Shown here piece by piece: positions 9,532 through 18,360 of a stretch of DNA of 31,648 nt (positions are counted from its first letter, which is position 1; each line of letters opens with the position of its first letter). A program made the position numbers and the translations under genes. Origin of the DNA: Actinomycetales bacterium (GTDB lineage: Bacteria; Actinomycetota; Actinomycetes; Actinomycetales; CAWJMD01); NCBI GenBank assembly GCA_039812305.1, contig JBDIAG010000001.1, positions 1 through 31,648 of the forward strand, in the 5' to 3' direction. Under the pieces are notes generated by a model. It was not told the origin of the DNA and ran no database searches. It saw nothing but the letters and a program-made list of their open reading frames with translations.

Positions 9532-10559
9532 GGCTGCTGTTCGCCGGGACCCCGGAGGTCGCGGTTCCCGCCCTCCGGGCGTTGCTGGCGTCGCGCCACG
9601 AGGTGGTCGCGGTGCTCACCCGCCCGGACGCCCGAACCGGCCGGGGACGCCGGACCGCGCCCAGCCCGGTCCGGGTCGTCGCCGAGGACGCCGGGATCGA
9701 GGTGCTGACGCCGGTCACGTTGCGCGACCCCGAGGTGGTGGCCGCGATCGCCGCGCTGGACGTCGACTGTGCTCCCGTCGTCGCCTACGGAAATCTGGTT
9801 CCCGCTGCGCTGCTGGAGGTTCCGCGGCACGGCTGGGTGAATCTGCACTTCTCGCTGCTGCCCGCCTGGCGGGGGGCCGCGCCGGTGCAGCGCGCGATCA
9901 TCGCGGGCGACGCGACGACCGGGGCCAGCGTCTTCCAGCTGGAGGCCGGTCTGGACACGGGTCCCGTTTTCGCTAGCGTGCCTGAACCGATCGGGCCCTC
10001 GGACGACGCGGGCGCGTTGCTGGGCCGGCTCGCCGACCGTGGCGCGGGCCTGCTGGTGGACGTCCTGGACGGGCTGGAGGACGGGACCGCGGTGGCGACA
10101 CCTCAAGCCGCGGAAGGCGTCTCGCTGGCACCCAAGCTCGAGGTGGCCGACGCCCGGGTCGACTGGGCGGCCGATGCGGCGGTCGTCGACCGGCTGGTGC
10201 GGGGCTGCACGCCGGCCCCCGGAGCCTGGACGACCTTCCGCGGCGACCGGGTCCGTCTGGGACCGCTGCGGCTCGTCGGCGGGATGGACGGTGCTGCGCC
10301 ACGCGGCGTGTCGGCCGGGAGTTCTGCTTTCGGGGAGCCGGCGTCCCGGACGTCGATTTCGGGTGAGTCGACTTCGGGCGAGTCGACCTTGGGGGAGCTG
10401 GCGCCCGGGGAACTGTCGGTGACGAGCCGACGAGTGCTGATCGGGGCCGGGGACGGGCCGATGGAGCTGGGGATTGTGCGAGCGGCGGGGAAGAAGCCGA
10501 TGCCGGCCGCGGATTGGGCCCGTGGCGTGCGACCCGAGGTAGGGGAGAGATTCGAGTGA
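9528..10559 (+). CDS. fmt: Methionyl-tRNA formyltransferase
   Basis: [46 protein letters not shown] overlap with the def stop. Low-complexity insert near the C-terminus. Confidence 0.95.
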   Translation: MRLLFAGTPEVAVPALRALLASRHEVVAVLTRPDARTGRGRRTAPSPVRVVAEDAGIEVLTPVTLRDPEVVAAIAALDVDCAPVVAYGNLVPAALLEVPRHGWVNLHFSLLPAWRGAAPVQRAIIAGDATTGASVFQLEAGLDTGPVFASVPEPIGPSDDAGALLGRLADRGAGLLVDVLDGLEDGTAVATPQAAEGVSLAPKLEVADARVDWAADAAVVDRLVRGCTPAPGAWTTFRGDRVRLGPLRLVGGMDGAAPRGVSAGSSAFGEPASRTSISGESTSGESTLGELAPGELSVTSRRVLIGAGDGPMELGIVRAAGKKPMPAADWARGVRPEVGERFE

Positions 10560-12634
10560 GTGGCGATGGTGGACGGCGACCTTCCGGCGGAGGTCGTGGT
10601 GGCTCCGGTGACCGTGGCCACGGCCGGGGTTCTGGCCAGGGTCGTGCTTCTGGCCAGGGGCGCGGCTCCGGCCAGGGACGTGACTGGGGCCGGGGCGGCG
10701 GCTCCGGCGGCGGACGCGATTCGGGTGGGGGCCGGGGTTCTGGCCGTGGTTCGGGCGAGGGTCGTGGTTCGGGCGAGAATCGCGGATCGGGCCAGGGGCG
10801 TGGTTGGGGCCAGGATGGCGGTTCCGATCGGGGTCGTGGTTGGGGCGAGGGCCGTGGGTCGCGTCGGGATGGCGGTTCCGGTGGGGGTCGTTCGAGTGAC
10901 GGGCGTGACTGGGGTCGAGGTGATGGTTCCGGTCGAGGTCGTGGTTCGGGTGAGGGCCGCGGGCCAGGCCAGGGGCGTGGTTGGGGTGACGGCCGTGGTT
11001 CGGCTGACGGGCGTGACTCGGGTCGGGGCGAGGGTTCCGATCGGGGTCGTGGTTGGGGCGAGGGCCGTGGGTCCGGCGAGGATCGTGCGGGCCAGGGGCG
11101 CGGCGCTGGCCGGGCGTACGGGTCCGGGCGGGACAAGCCGGGCCAGGGGCCGCGCCGGGATGATCGTCACGGGGGCCCACGTGCCCCGCGCCAGCGGTCG
11201 GCACAGGCTCCGGCGCAGCGGGCCAAGTCCGCTGATCCGGCGAGAACCGTTGCCTTCCAAGCGCTGCGAGCGGTCGACTCGGAGGACGCCTACGCCAATC
11301 TGGTGTTGCCCAAGCTGATCCGCCGGGCCCGGCTCGACACCCGGGACGCCGCGCTGGCCACCGAACTGGTCTATGGCACTCTTCGGTGGCGAGGACGCTA
11401 CGACGCCGTGCTCGAGGCCTGTACCGATCGTCCGCTGGCCACCCTCGACGCGCCGGTGCTGGACGCTCTACGGCTCGGAGCGCATCAGCTGCTGGCCACC
11501 CGGATTCCGCCGCACGCCGCGGTGTCGGCCACGGTCGGCCTGGCGCGGTCCGAGATCGGGTCCGGCCCGTCCGGCTTCATCAACGCCGTACTGCGCAGGG
11601 TGGGCGAGCGGGACGCCGAGACCTGGCTCGGCGAGCTGACCGAAGGCCTGACGACGCTCGAGGCGCTCGCCATGCGGGAGTCGCATCCGGCCTGGATCGT
11701 CCGTGCTCTGCGGGAATCCCTTGTCTTGCATGGCCGTTCGGTGGCCGAGCTGCCGCAGCTGTTGGCCGCCGACAACCTGGCGCCGCTGGTGAGCCTGCTG
11801 GCACGACCGGGACTGTGCACCGTGGAGGAACTGGTCGCCGCCGGGGCCGAGCCGGGCCGCTGGTCCGCCTACGCGGCCACGCTGCCTTCCGGGGATCCGG
11901 GGCGGATCGAGGCGGTGGCGGAGCGACGCGCCCGCGTGCAGGACGAGGGCAGTCAGTTGGTGGCTCTCGCCCTGGCGGGAGTCGAACTACCGGGAGCCGA
12001 CCGGGACGCGGGTGCAGCCGGCACGGACGCAGGTGGAACCGACCCAGACACCCGCTGGCTGGATCTCTGCGCGGGGCCGGGCGGCAAGACCGCCCTGCTG
12101 GCCGCCCTGGCCACCGAGCGTGGGGCCCGGGTCACCGCCGTCGAGGTGGCGCCGCACCGCGCCGAACTGGTGAGTTCGGGTCTGCTGGAGACCGACCCGG
12201 TCGAGGTGATCACCGCCGACGGTCGCACCTTCGGAGACGACCACGCGGCCTCCTACGACCGGGTGCTCGTGGACGCTCCCTGCACCGGACTGGGTGCCCT
12301 GCGCCGACGTCCGGAGGCCAGGTGGCGGCGCCAGCCCGGCGATCTCGCGACCTTGGCCCCACTGCAGCGCGCGCTGCTCGACTCGGCCCTGGCCGCCTGC
12401 CGTCCGGGTGGCGTGGTCGCCTACGCGACCTGCTCGCCGCACCCCGCCGAGACCCTGCTGGTGATCGAGGACGCGCAACGCCGCCACCCCGGCCTCCGCC
12501 TGCTCGATGCCCCCGCCGCGATCCGCCGGGCCGCCGACAAGGATCTGGGCGACCTGGGCACCGGCCCCACCGCCCAACTCTGGCCCCACCACCACGGCAC
12601 GGACGCCATGTTCCTGGCTCTCCTCACTCCGTGA
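10556..12634 (+). CDS. rsmB: RsmB/NOP2-family 16S rRNA m5C methyltransferase with a ~200-aa Gly/Arg-rich N-terminal extension
   Basis: NusB-like domain (AYANLVLP...[10 protein letters not shown]), [31 protein letters not shown] 10556 overlaps the fmt stop (GTGA). Confidence 0.9.
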   Translation: MSGDGGRRPSGGGRGGSGDRGHGRGSGQGRASGQGRGSGQGRDWGRGGGSGGGRDSGGGRGSGRGSGEGRGSGENRGSGQGRGWGQDGGSDRGRGWGEGRGSRRDGGSGGGRSSDGRDWGRGDGSGRGRGSGEGRGPGQGRGWGDGRGSADGRDSGRGEGSDRGRGWGEGRGSGEDRAGQGRGAGRAYGSGRDKPGQGPRRDDRHGGPRAPRQRSAQAPAQRAKSADPARTVAFQALRAVDSEDAYANLVLPKLIRRARLDTRDAALATELVYGTLRWRGRYDAVLEACTDRPLATLDAPVLDALRLGAHQLLATRIPPHAAVSATVGLARSEIGSGPSGFINAVLRRVGERDAETWLGELTEGLTTLEALAMRESHPAWIVRALRESLVLHGRSVAELPQLLAADNLAPLVSLLARPGLCTVEELVAAGAEPGRWSAYAATLPSGDPGRIEAVAERRARVQDEGSQLVALALAGVELPGADRDAGAAGTDAGGTDPDTRWLDLCAGPGGKTALLAALATERGARVTAVEVAPHRAELVSSGLLETDPVEVITADGRTFGDDHAASYDRVLVDAPCTGLGALRRRPEARWRRQPGDLATLAPLQRALLDSALAACRPGGVVAYATCSPHPAETLLVIEDAQRRHPGLRLLDAPAAIRRAADKDLGDLGTGPTAQLWPHHHGTDAMFLALLTP
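10622..11131 (+). repeat. Coding tandem repeat, about 28 x 18 bp (GRG[S/W]G[Q/E/D/R])
   Basis: Translation in the rsmB frame: [24 protein letters not shown] ... [12 protein letters not shown]; units are diverged at synonymous sites. Confidence 0.9.
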
Positions 12635-12646
12635 CCCCCAACCTCC

Positions 12647-12707
12647 GTCGAGGGGTCACAACACGCCCCAAAATCGCCGGAATCAGGGCGTGTCGTGACC
12701 CCTCGTT
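12647..12707. repeat. 61-bp REP-like palindrome, left flank of the nuclease gene
   Basis: gtcgaggggtcacaacacgcc-ccaaaatcgccggaatcag-ggcgtgtcgtgacccctcg; 20-bp arms with 1 mismatch. Confidence 0.92.
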
Positions 12708-12755
12708 TGAGGCCTGTGGATAGCGAGAGCACGATGTTGCGATTGCCGCCACCCT

Positions 12756-13700
12756 ATGGGCGTGGCAGGTACACCTCTTCCGGACGGATTCGACGCCCGG
12801 CCGTTCCGGGTCACGGAGGCGCTGGGTAGCGGCCTGACCCGGCGCCGGCTTCGTCAACCGGATCTGGTCGCTCCGACCCCCGGCGTGCGGACCGGCCGGG
12901 AACCGACGTCCCTGGCCGAGCTCGTGCGAGTCTTCGCTGTGGCGTTGCCCGACGGCGTGGCGTTCTCGCATCTCACCGCGGCCCGTCTGCTGGGTATCCC
13001 GCTGCCCATGGCCGTCGAACAAGAGATCTCATCGCTCGACGTGATGTGCCGATCGACGGCCACCCGGATCCGCAGGACGGGATGCCTCGGTCACCGAGGC
13101 CTGGAGCTGCGCGACACCGTCCAGCACAGCGGGGTTCGGGTCACCGGGCTCGCGGACACCTGGATCGATCTCGGAGAGGTGATGGATCGAGGTCTCGGCC
13201 TCGACGATCTCATCGTCGCCGGGGACTACGTCGCCGGCCGGCTCCGCACCACGGATCCGCTCAGGCAGCGGCTGGACCGCAGAACCCGTCCCCGGGGCAA
13301 GAGGTTCCTGACGGCCGCGCTGCGGGAGATCCGGGTGGGAGTCCTCTCGCCCATGGAGACCCGGGCCAGGCTGATGTTCGTCCGGGCCGGGCTGGCGCAG
13401 CCGGAGGTCAATGCCACCGTCGACGACTGGGCCGGGGAGTGGCTCATGATGGGAGACCTGGTGTGGCGTCGTCCGCGCGTGGTCGTGGAGTATCAAGGCT
13501 CGGTACACGCGCCGATCGAACAGCGCTCGATCGACGCGCAGCGCCGCGACCTGGCCGAGTCGAATGGATGGCTGTTCATCGAGATGTTCAAGGAAGACGT
13601 CTACCGTCCCGCACGACGTGCCCAGCTCATCACCCGTCTCCGTGTCGCGCTCACCCGCAACTCCGACCTGCGCCCGTCGAGGGGTCACAACACGCCGTGA
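12756..13700 (+). CDS. DUF559/Vsr-like (PD-(D/E)XK) putative endonuclease with AbiEi-like N-terminal region (Rv1482c/Rv3714c-like family)
   Basis: N-terminal [15 protein letters not shown]...[15 protein letters not shown]; C-terminal [21 protein letters not shown]...DLVW...VVVEYQG..H...D..R....GW. The stop codon lies inside the right palindrome. Confidence 0.8.
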   Translation: MGVAGTPLPDGFDARPFRVTEALGSGLTRRRLRQPDLVAPTPGVRTGREPTSLAELVRVFAVALPDGVAFSHLTAARLLGIPLPMAVEQEISSLDVMCRSTATRIRRTGCLGHRGLELRDTVQHSGVRVTGLADTWIDLGEVMDRGLGLDDLIVAGDYVAGRLRTTDPLRQRLDRRTRPRGKRFLTAALREIRVGVLSPMETRARLMFVRAGLAQPEVNATVDDWAGEWLMMGDLVWRRPRVVVEYQGSVHAPIEQRSIDAQRRDLAESNGWLFIEMFKEDVYRPARRAQLITRLRVALTRNSDLRPSRGHNTP

Positions 13701-13736
13701 AACGGCCGGAATCGGGGCGTGTTGTGACCCCTCGAC
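13676..13736. repeat. 61-bp REP-like palindrome, right flank of the nuclease gene (perfect arms)
   Basis: gtcgaggggtcacaacacgcc-gtgaaacggccggaatcgg-ggcgtgttgtgacccctcgac; perfect 21-bp inverted repeat. Confidence 0.95.
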
Positions 13737-13753
13737 AGGTTAGGTTGGCGCCT

Positions 13754-14422
13754 ATGGGCGTCCAGATCTCACCGAGCATCCTGAACAGTGACTTCTCCGA
13801 TCTCCGTGGCGAGTTGGAGAAGATCGCGTCGGCCGACTGGGCCCACATCGACGTGATGGACAACCATTTCGTGCCCAATCTGACGCTCGGACTCCCGGTG
13901 GTGGAGAGGATCCTGGACGTCAGCCCGGTGCCGGTCGACTGCCACCTGATGATCGAGGACCCGGACCGCTGGGCGCCGGGGTACGCCGAGGCGGGGGCCC
14001 AGTCGGTGACCTTCCACGTCGAGGCGGCCACGGCGCCGATCCGGCTGGCCCGGGAGTTGCGGCGGCTGGGAGCCCGCGCGGGGATGGCGCTGCGTCCGGC
14101 GACCCCGGTGGAACCGTTCCTGGACCTGCTGCCCGAGATGGACATGCTCCTCGTGATGACCGTCGAGCCGGGTTTCGGCGGACAGAAGTTCCTCGACGTC
14201 TGCCTGCCCAAGGTGCGTCGGGCTCGCGCGGCGATCGAGGAGGCCGGCCTGGAGGTCTGGGTGCAGGTGGACGGCGGCGTCTCGACGGAGACCATCGAGC
14301 GGGCCGCCGAGGCGGGCGCGGACGTTTTCGTGGCCGGTTCGGCCGTCTACGGAGCCGACGACGCGTTCGCCGCGATCGCCGATCTCCGCAAGCTGGCGGA
14401 GTCCTGCGCGGCCGGCGGGTGA
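13754..14422 (+). CDS. rpe: Ribulose-phosphate 3-epimerase
   Basis: [49 protein letters not shown] lies 7 nt before ATG (leaderless-like). Confidence 0.96.
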   Translation: MGVQISPSILNSDFSDLRGELEKIASADWAHIDVMDNHFVPNLTLGLPVVERILDVSPVPVDCHLMIEDPDRWAPGYAEAGAQSVTFHVEAATAPIRLARELRRLGARAGMALRPATPVEPFLDLLPEMDMLLVMTVEPGFGGQKFLDVCLPKVRRARAAIEEAGLEVWVQVDGGVSTETIERAAEAGADVFVAGSAVYGADDAFAAIADLRKLAESCAAGG

Positions 14423-14479
14423 TTCCCCTCACCGGTGAGGCGGACGACCCACTCGCCGGGGCAGGTAGGCTGAACACCT

Positions 14480-14743
14480 GTGAAGACGTTCGATGCGCTG
14501 TTCGCCGAGCTGGCCGAGAAGGCCCAGACCCGTCCCGCGGGCTCGGGCACCGTGGCCGAGCTGGATGCCGGCGTCCATGCCATCGGCAAGAAGATCGTCG
14601 AAGAGGCGGCCGAGGTGTGGATGGCCGCCGAGCACGAGTCGTCGGAGCGGGCCGCGGAGGAGATCTCCCAGCTGCTCTACCACCTGCAGGTGCTGATGCT
14701 GGCACGTGGGCTGACTCTCGCCGACGTCTACGCCCATCTCTGA
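14480..14743 (+). CDS. hisE: Phosphoribosyl-ATP pyrophosphatase
   Basis: [11 protein letters not shown]...[19 protein letters not shown]...[12 protein letters not shown]; directly upstream of hisG. Confidence 0.93.
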   Translation: MKTFDALFAELAEKAQTRPAGSGTVAELDAGVHAIGKKIVEEAAEVWMAAEHESSERAAEEISQLLYHLQVLMLARGLTLADVYAHL

Positions 14744-14772
14744 GGCGCCGCGGCGGCACGCTCCACTCGATG

Positions 14773-14788
14773 TGAAACTCATTCTCAA
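14773..14788 (+). promoter_or_regulatory. Possible Zur (Fur-family) box in the hisE-hisG spacer
   Basis: TGAAACTCATTCTCAA versus TGAAAATCATTTTCAA = 14/16. AT-rich patch just upstream of a TAAGCT -10 candidate (14792-14797). Confidence 0.45.
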
Positions 14789-14833
14789 CCATAAGCTTTC
14801 GCGGGCGCGAGCCCGCCGATCACGAGGCAGAAG

Positions 14834-15676
14834 ATGATCCGTATCGCCGTCCCGAACAAGGGATCCCTGGCCGAGCCCTGCGCCGAGATACTCGCCGAGG
14901 CGGGGTACGCCGTGCATCGGGACGGCAAGACGCTGGTGCTCGCCGACCCGGCCAACGACGCCGAGTTCTTCTTCCTGCGTCCGCGCGACATCGCGGTCTA
15001 CGTCGGCTCGGGCACTCTGGACGTCGGCTTCACCGGCCGCGATCTGCTGCTGGACTCCCGCGCGCAGGCCGAGGTGGTGCTGCCGCTCGGCTTCGCCAAG
15101 TCCACCTTCCGGTTCGCCGCGCCGGCCGGATCCGCGACCGGCCTGGCCGACATCCAGGGCAAGCGGGTCGCCACCAGCTACGACGGCCTCGTGCGCGACC
15201 ACCTGGCGGCCAACGGCATCGAGGCCAGCGTGGTGCGGCTGGACGGCGCGGTGGAGTCCTCGATCCAGCTCGGCGTGGCGGACGTCATCGCCGACGTCGT
15301 GGAGACCGGGACCACGCTGCGGGCGGCCGGCCTGGAGGTCTTCGGCGAGCCGCTGCTGCAGTCCGAGGCGGTCCTCATCGCTCGCTCCGGTGAGCAGCCC
15401 TCCGGCATGGGCGTCCTGATCCGGCGCCTGCAGGGCGTGCTCGTCGCCCGGCAGTACGTCATGGTCGACTACGACGTGCGGGTCGACCTGGTGGAGAAGG
15501 CCTGCGCGATCACGCCCGGGCTGGAGTCGCCGACGGTCTCGCCGTTGCACGACAAGGGCTGGGTCGCCGTGCGCTCGATGGTGCCGCGGGCGATCACCAA
15601 CCAGGTGATGGACGATCTCTACGATCTCGGGGCCCGGGCGATCCTGGTCACCACCATCCACGCCTGCCGGTTGTGA
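14834..15676 (+). CDS. hisG: ATP phosphoribosyltransferase (long form)
   Basis: [55 protein letters not shown]. Confidence 0.96.
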   Translation: MIRIAVPNKGSLAEPCAEILAEAGYAVHRDGKTLVLADPANDAEFFFLRPRDIAVYVGSGTLDVGFTGRDLLLDSRAQAEVVLPLGFAKSTFRFAAPAGSATGLADIQGKRVATSYDGLVRDHLAANGIEASVVRLDGAVESSIQLGVADVIADVVETGTTLRAAGLEVFGEPLLQSEAVLIARSGEQPSGMGVLIRRLQGVLVARQYVMVDYDVRVDLVEKACAITPGLESPTVSPLHDKGWVAVRSMVPRAITNQVMDDLYDLGARAILVTTIHACRL

Positions 15677-15680
15677 CCCG

Positions 15681-16115
15681 ATGACGACGCCACCGGATCT
15701 CTACGCCGTCTTCGCTCCGCGCCGGGCGCGGGTGGTCGCGGTGGTCGTGGCCGTGCTGTTCATGCTCATGATGATCCTGCTCGGCCTTCTCGTCCCCGGT
15801 GCCGGTCTCTTCGACCTGGTGGCGTTCATCGCCTGCGGAGTGCTCGTCGCCTGGCTGCTGTACCGGCTGGCCGGCGTGTACGCGAAGCCCTCACCGTCCG
15901 GGCTGGTGGTGCGCAACCTGTTCATCACCACCCGCCTGGAGTGGGCCCAGATCGTCAGCGTCCGGTTCGGCGACCGCCCCTGGCCGCAGCTCGACCTGTC
16001 GGACGGCGACACCCTGGCGGTGATGGGCATTCAGCGTGCCGACGGCGACTTCGGCCGGCAGGAAGCGGTGCGGCTGGCGGATCTGGTCGAGGAACACGGC
16101 GCTCAGGATCGCTGA
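15681..16115 (+). CDS. Membrane protein with bacterial PH domain
   Basis: Two TM helices, then GLVVRNLFITTRLEWAQIVSVRF...LDLSDG; typical position after hisG. Confidence 0.8.
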   Translation: MTTPPDLYAVFAPRRARVVAVVVAVLFMLMMILLGLLVPGAGLFDLVAFIACGVLVAWLLYRLAGVYAKPSPSGLVVRNLFITTRLEWAQIVSVRFGDRPWPQLDLSDGDTLAVMGIQRADGDFGRQEAVRLADLVEEHGAQDR

Positions 16116-16144
16116 ACCCGGCGTCGGGATGGCAAGGTTGGGCC

Positions 16145-16363
16145 ATGGGATGGACCTGGAAGTTCCACGACGCGGCCGGCGGCGACCTCACCACGACGGC
16201 CGACACGAGCATGACCGACACCGACTTCCCGACGCAGGCGGACGCCGAATCCTGGGTCGGGGAGGAATGGCACAACCTGGTCGCCGACGGTGTCGATTCG
16301 GTCACCCTCTACGAGGACGGCGACCGTCGCTACGGCCCGATGTCCCTGCGCCCGGCGGAATAG
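16145..16363 (+). CDS. Small conserved actinobacterial hypothetical protein
   Basis: MGWTWKF...FPTQADAESWVGEEW..L...GVDSVTLYE...YGPMSL; GC3-biased codons. Confidence 0.7.
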   Translation: MGWTWKFHDAAGGDLTTTADTSMTDTDFPTQADAESWVGEEWHNLVADGVDSVTLYEDGDRRYGPMSLRPAE

Positions 16364-16374
16364 CCCCGGCGGAG

Positions 16375-16435
16375 AACGAGGAGTCACAACACGCCGTGAA
16401 CCTGAGTTCTCCAGGGCGTGTTGCGACCCCTCGAC
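16375..16435. repeat. 61-bp REP-like palindrome, solo copy between convergent genes
   Basis: aacgaggagtcacaacacgcc-gtgaacctgagttctccag-ggcgtgttgcgacccctcgac; 19-nt spacer. Confidence 0.9.
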
Positions 16436-16468
16436 TGGCTCGGGTAGCCCCTAGCCTCGGGGTAGCCC

Positions 16469-17077
16469 CTAGCGACGAGGCGCCTCGCCGCGGGCGACGG
16501 CGGGACGGGGGAGACGCCAGCGACGGATCTGCAGGGCCCGGGAGACGCCGTAGGCGACGTGGCCCTTCGGGTTGAAGTCCTCCCCGAAGCGCTCCTTCAG
16601 TCGCTTGCGCAGCAGGCGAGCGAGACGGGTGCAGTCGAGGACGACCAGCAGGATGGTGCCCCACAGCACCGCGGTCGAGATCAGCTGGAAGCGTGCGGCG
16701 TTCTCCACCGTCAGACCCAGGAGCTGCGGGCCCAGCACCAGCACGATCGCGGCGAACGCCAGCAGCAGATAGAACTCGCCGACGTTCCAGCGGCCGTCGA
16801 CGACATCGCGGACGTAGCGGCGCACCGGGCCCGCGTCGCGCGGACCGAGGCCACGCTCGTCGCCGGAGTAGAGCGCCTGACGTTGTGACTCCCGCTGAGA
16901 CCGGGCACGTTCGCGATCCCGCTTGGCGGCCGCCTTGCGGTCGGTGGGCACCATCGGACGCTTGCGGGCCTGCTCACGCTCCTTGCGGGTGGGCGTGGGG
17001 CGGTTCTTAGCGCCCGGCCGTTCAGGGGCGGCGGGCGCCGGGGCCTCGGGAGTTTCCTGCTTCTTGCGTCCAAACAC
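16469..17077 (-). CDS. DUF3043 family membrane protein
   Basis: GAKNRPTPTRKE, RDAGPVRRYVRDVVDGRWNVGEF, RALQIRRWRLPRP. TAGGAT lies 6 nt before GTG. Confidence 0.88.
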   Translation of the reverse strand: MFGRKKQETPEAPAPAAPERPGAKNRPTPTRKEREQARKRPMVPTDRKAAAKRDRERARSQRESQRQALYSGDERGLGPRDAGPVRRYVRDVVDGRWNVGEFYLLLAFAAIVLVLGPQLLGLTVENAARFQLISTAVLWGTILLVVLDCTRLARLLRKRLKERFGEDFNPKGHVAYGVSRALQIRRWRLPRPAVARGEAPRR

Positions 17078-17340
17078 ACGGATATCCTAACCGGCGCCGA
17101 GCCATGCACCGTCCGCGGCGGGCTGAGTCCAATGCCATGAGTGGTGCGAATGCCTTGCGTGCCCGACCTGAACCGCTCCGATCAGATGTTCGGCGCCTCG
17201 GCCGGGCTGAGCATCTGGTGGAGTTTCTTGATCGTCAGCCTGATGTGCTGACGCTTGGAGCATTGGGCTGCCCTGGTTGATCGAGGTCCCGGCAGAATGC
17301 TGAACGCTGGTGGTGTTGAGGAAGGTGATTGGACGTGAAG

Positions 17341-17616
17341 TTATCTCCGCTGTGCCAAGCGTTTACTTAGCAACCGACCTATAAGACTTAGACCATGTGC
17401 TAATATGAAGAATCCACCTGCGGAAATCGCCACACCCAAATACAGAATTTTCCTTGAAGGTATCTATTCCAAGGGCACAAGAATGGAACCGGCCACTATG
17501 CATAGGAGGGATGAGATAAGGAGTAACAACCTCCAGTAGCGTACTCGCCAAACGTGGGCGGGGAGGCGCTGGGCAAAGTCATCAATGTCGCGTATCCACT
17601 CCTCTGACCAGACTAG
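17341..17616 (-). pseudogene. 3' remnant of a low-GC two-TM membrane protein gene with an internal TAG; 5' end lost at the IS remnant
   Basis: Single frame: ...YWRLLLLISSLLCIVAGSILVPLE*(17464-17466)IPSRKILYLGVAISAGGFFILAHGLSLIGRLLSKRLAQRR*. Confidence 0.5.
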
Positions 17617-17833
17617 GCCGTCAAGGCCCGAGGGCACTTCCCCAACGAGCAGGCCGCGCTGAAGTGCGTCTACCTCGCCGTCATGGCACTGGACCCCACC
17701 GGCAAGGGCAGAGCCCGCTGGACCCAACGATGGAAGCCAGCACTCAACGCATTCGACATCCGATTCGACGGCCGACTCAGCGCCGCCCGAGCCTAAACAA
17801 CACAACCAGTTACACCGTTAAGTTGACAGGCCC
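17617..17833 (+). mobile_element. IS256-family remnant: transposase C-terminus plus right terminal repeat
   Basis: AVKARGHFPNEQAALKCVYLAVMALDPTGKGRARWTQRWKPALNAFDIRFDGRL* (stop 17794-17796), followed by ttacaccgttaagttgacaggcc(c), typical of IS256 ends. Confidence 0.88.
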
Positions 17834-17920
17834 GCATGCGGCGGTTTGAGACCACCCCCTGAAGGGCGATCCCGGAGGGCCAGACCTCCATGTCTCCTAC
17901 AGCATCGACTCAAATGCACC

Positions 17921-18090
17921 CTAACTACCCATAAGGAACCTTTCGTCGGTCGTGGCACAATGAATGGTTACGTCTGCTTCTATCACGTAGACCTCTGGAT
18001 CTTTCGGATTGTATCGGATGAGTATGCTATCGCCCGTGCGATACTCCTTGGTAGCCCACAGTTCGTCGAAGATCCCTTCAAGGGTGGATA
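17921..18090 (-). pseudogene. Possible DUF3592-like gene remnant
   Basis: Only the motif YRTGDSILIRYNPKDPE (G-x-x-[IV]-x-[IV]-x-Y-x-P-x-x-P); upstream part is not convincing. Confidence 0.3.
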
Positions 18091-18360
18091 GACTCACACA
18101 ACGAAAGAACCTCTGAAGCAGCCATACGCAGTCTGCTAGAATGCACAGAGGGCTGATCGGATGAGGTCGGTAGACGACAAGGGAAGTCGATGGACAACTC
18201 TCCGGGAAAGTTGCGATCCGACAAACCACCGCGGTGTGTCACGTACCGAACTGCCAGTCCCGTTCTGTCTGGCATGCTGGGACCCAAATAACCCTCAGGC
18301 ATCCAGGCGTGAGCAGAGGCAGGGTTGCCTTGCGTGGATTCAAATGGAATTACGCGAGCT

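Noticed and set aside
10622-11131. CRISPR array interpretation of the periodic region
   Set aside because: Units are contiguous 18-bp coding repeats without unique spacers, and there are no cas genes. The 61-bp palindromes are dispersed, not arrayed.
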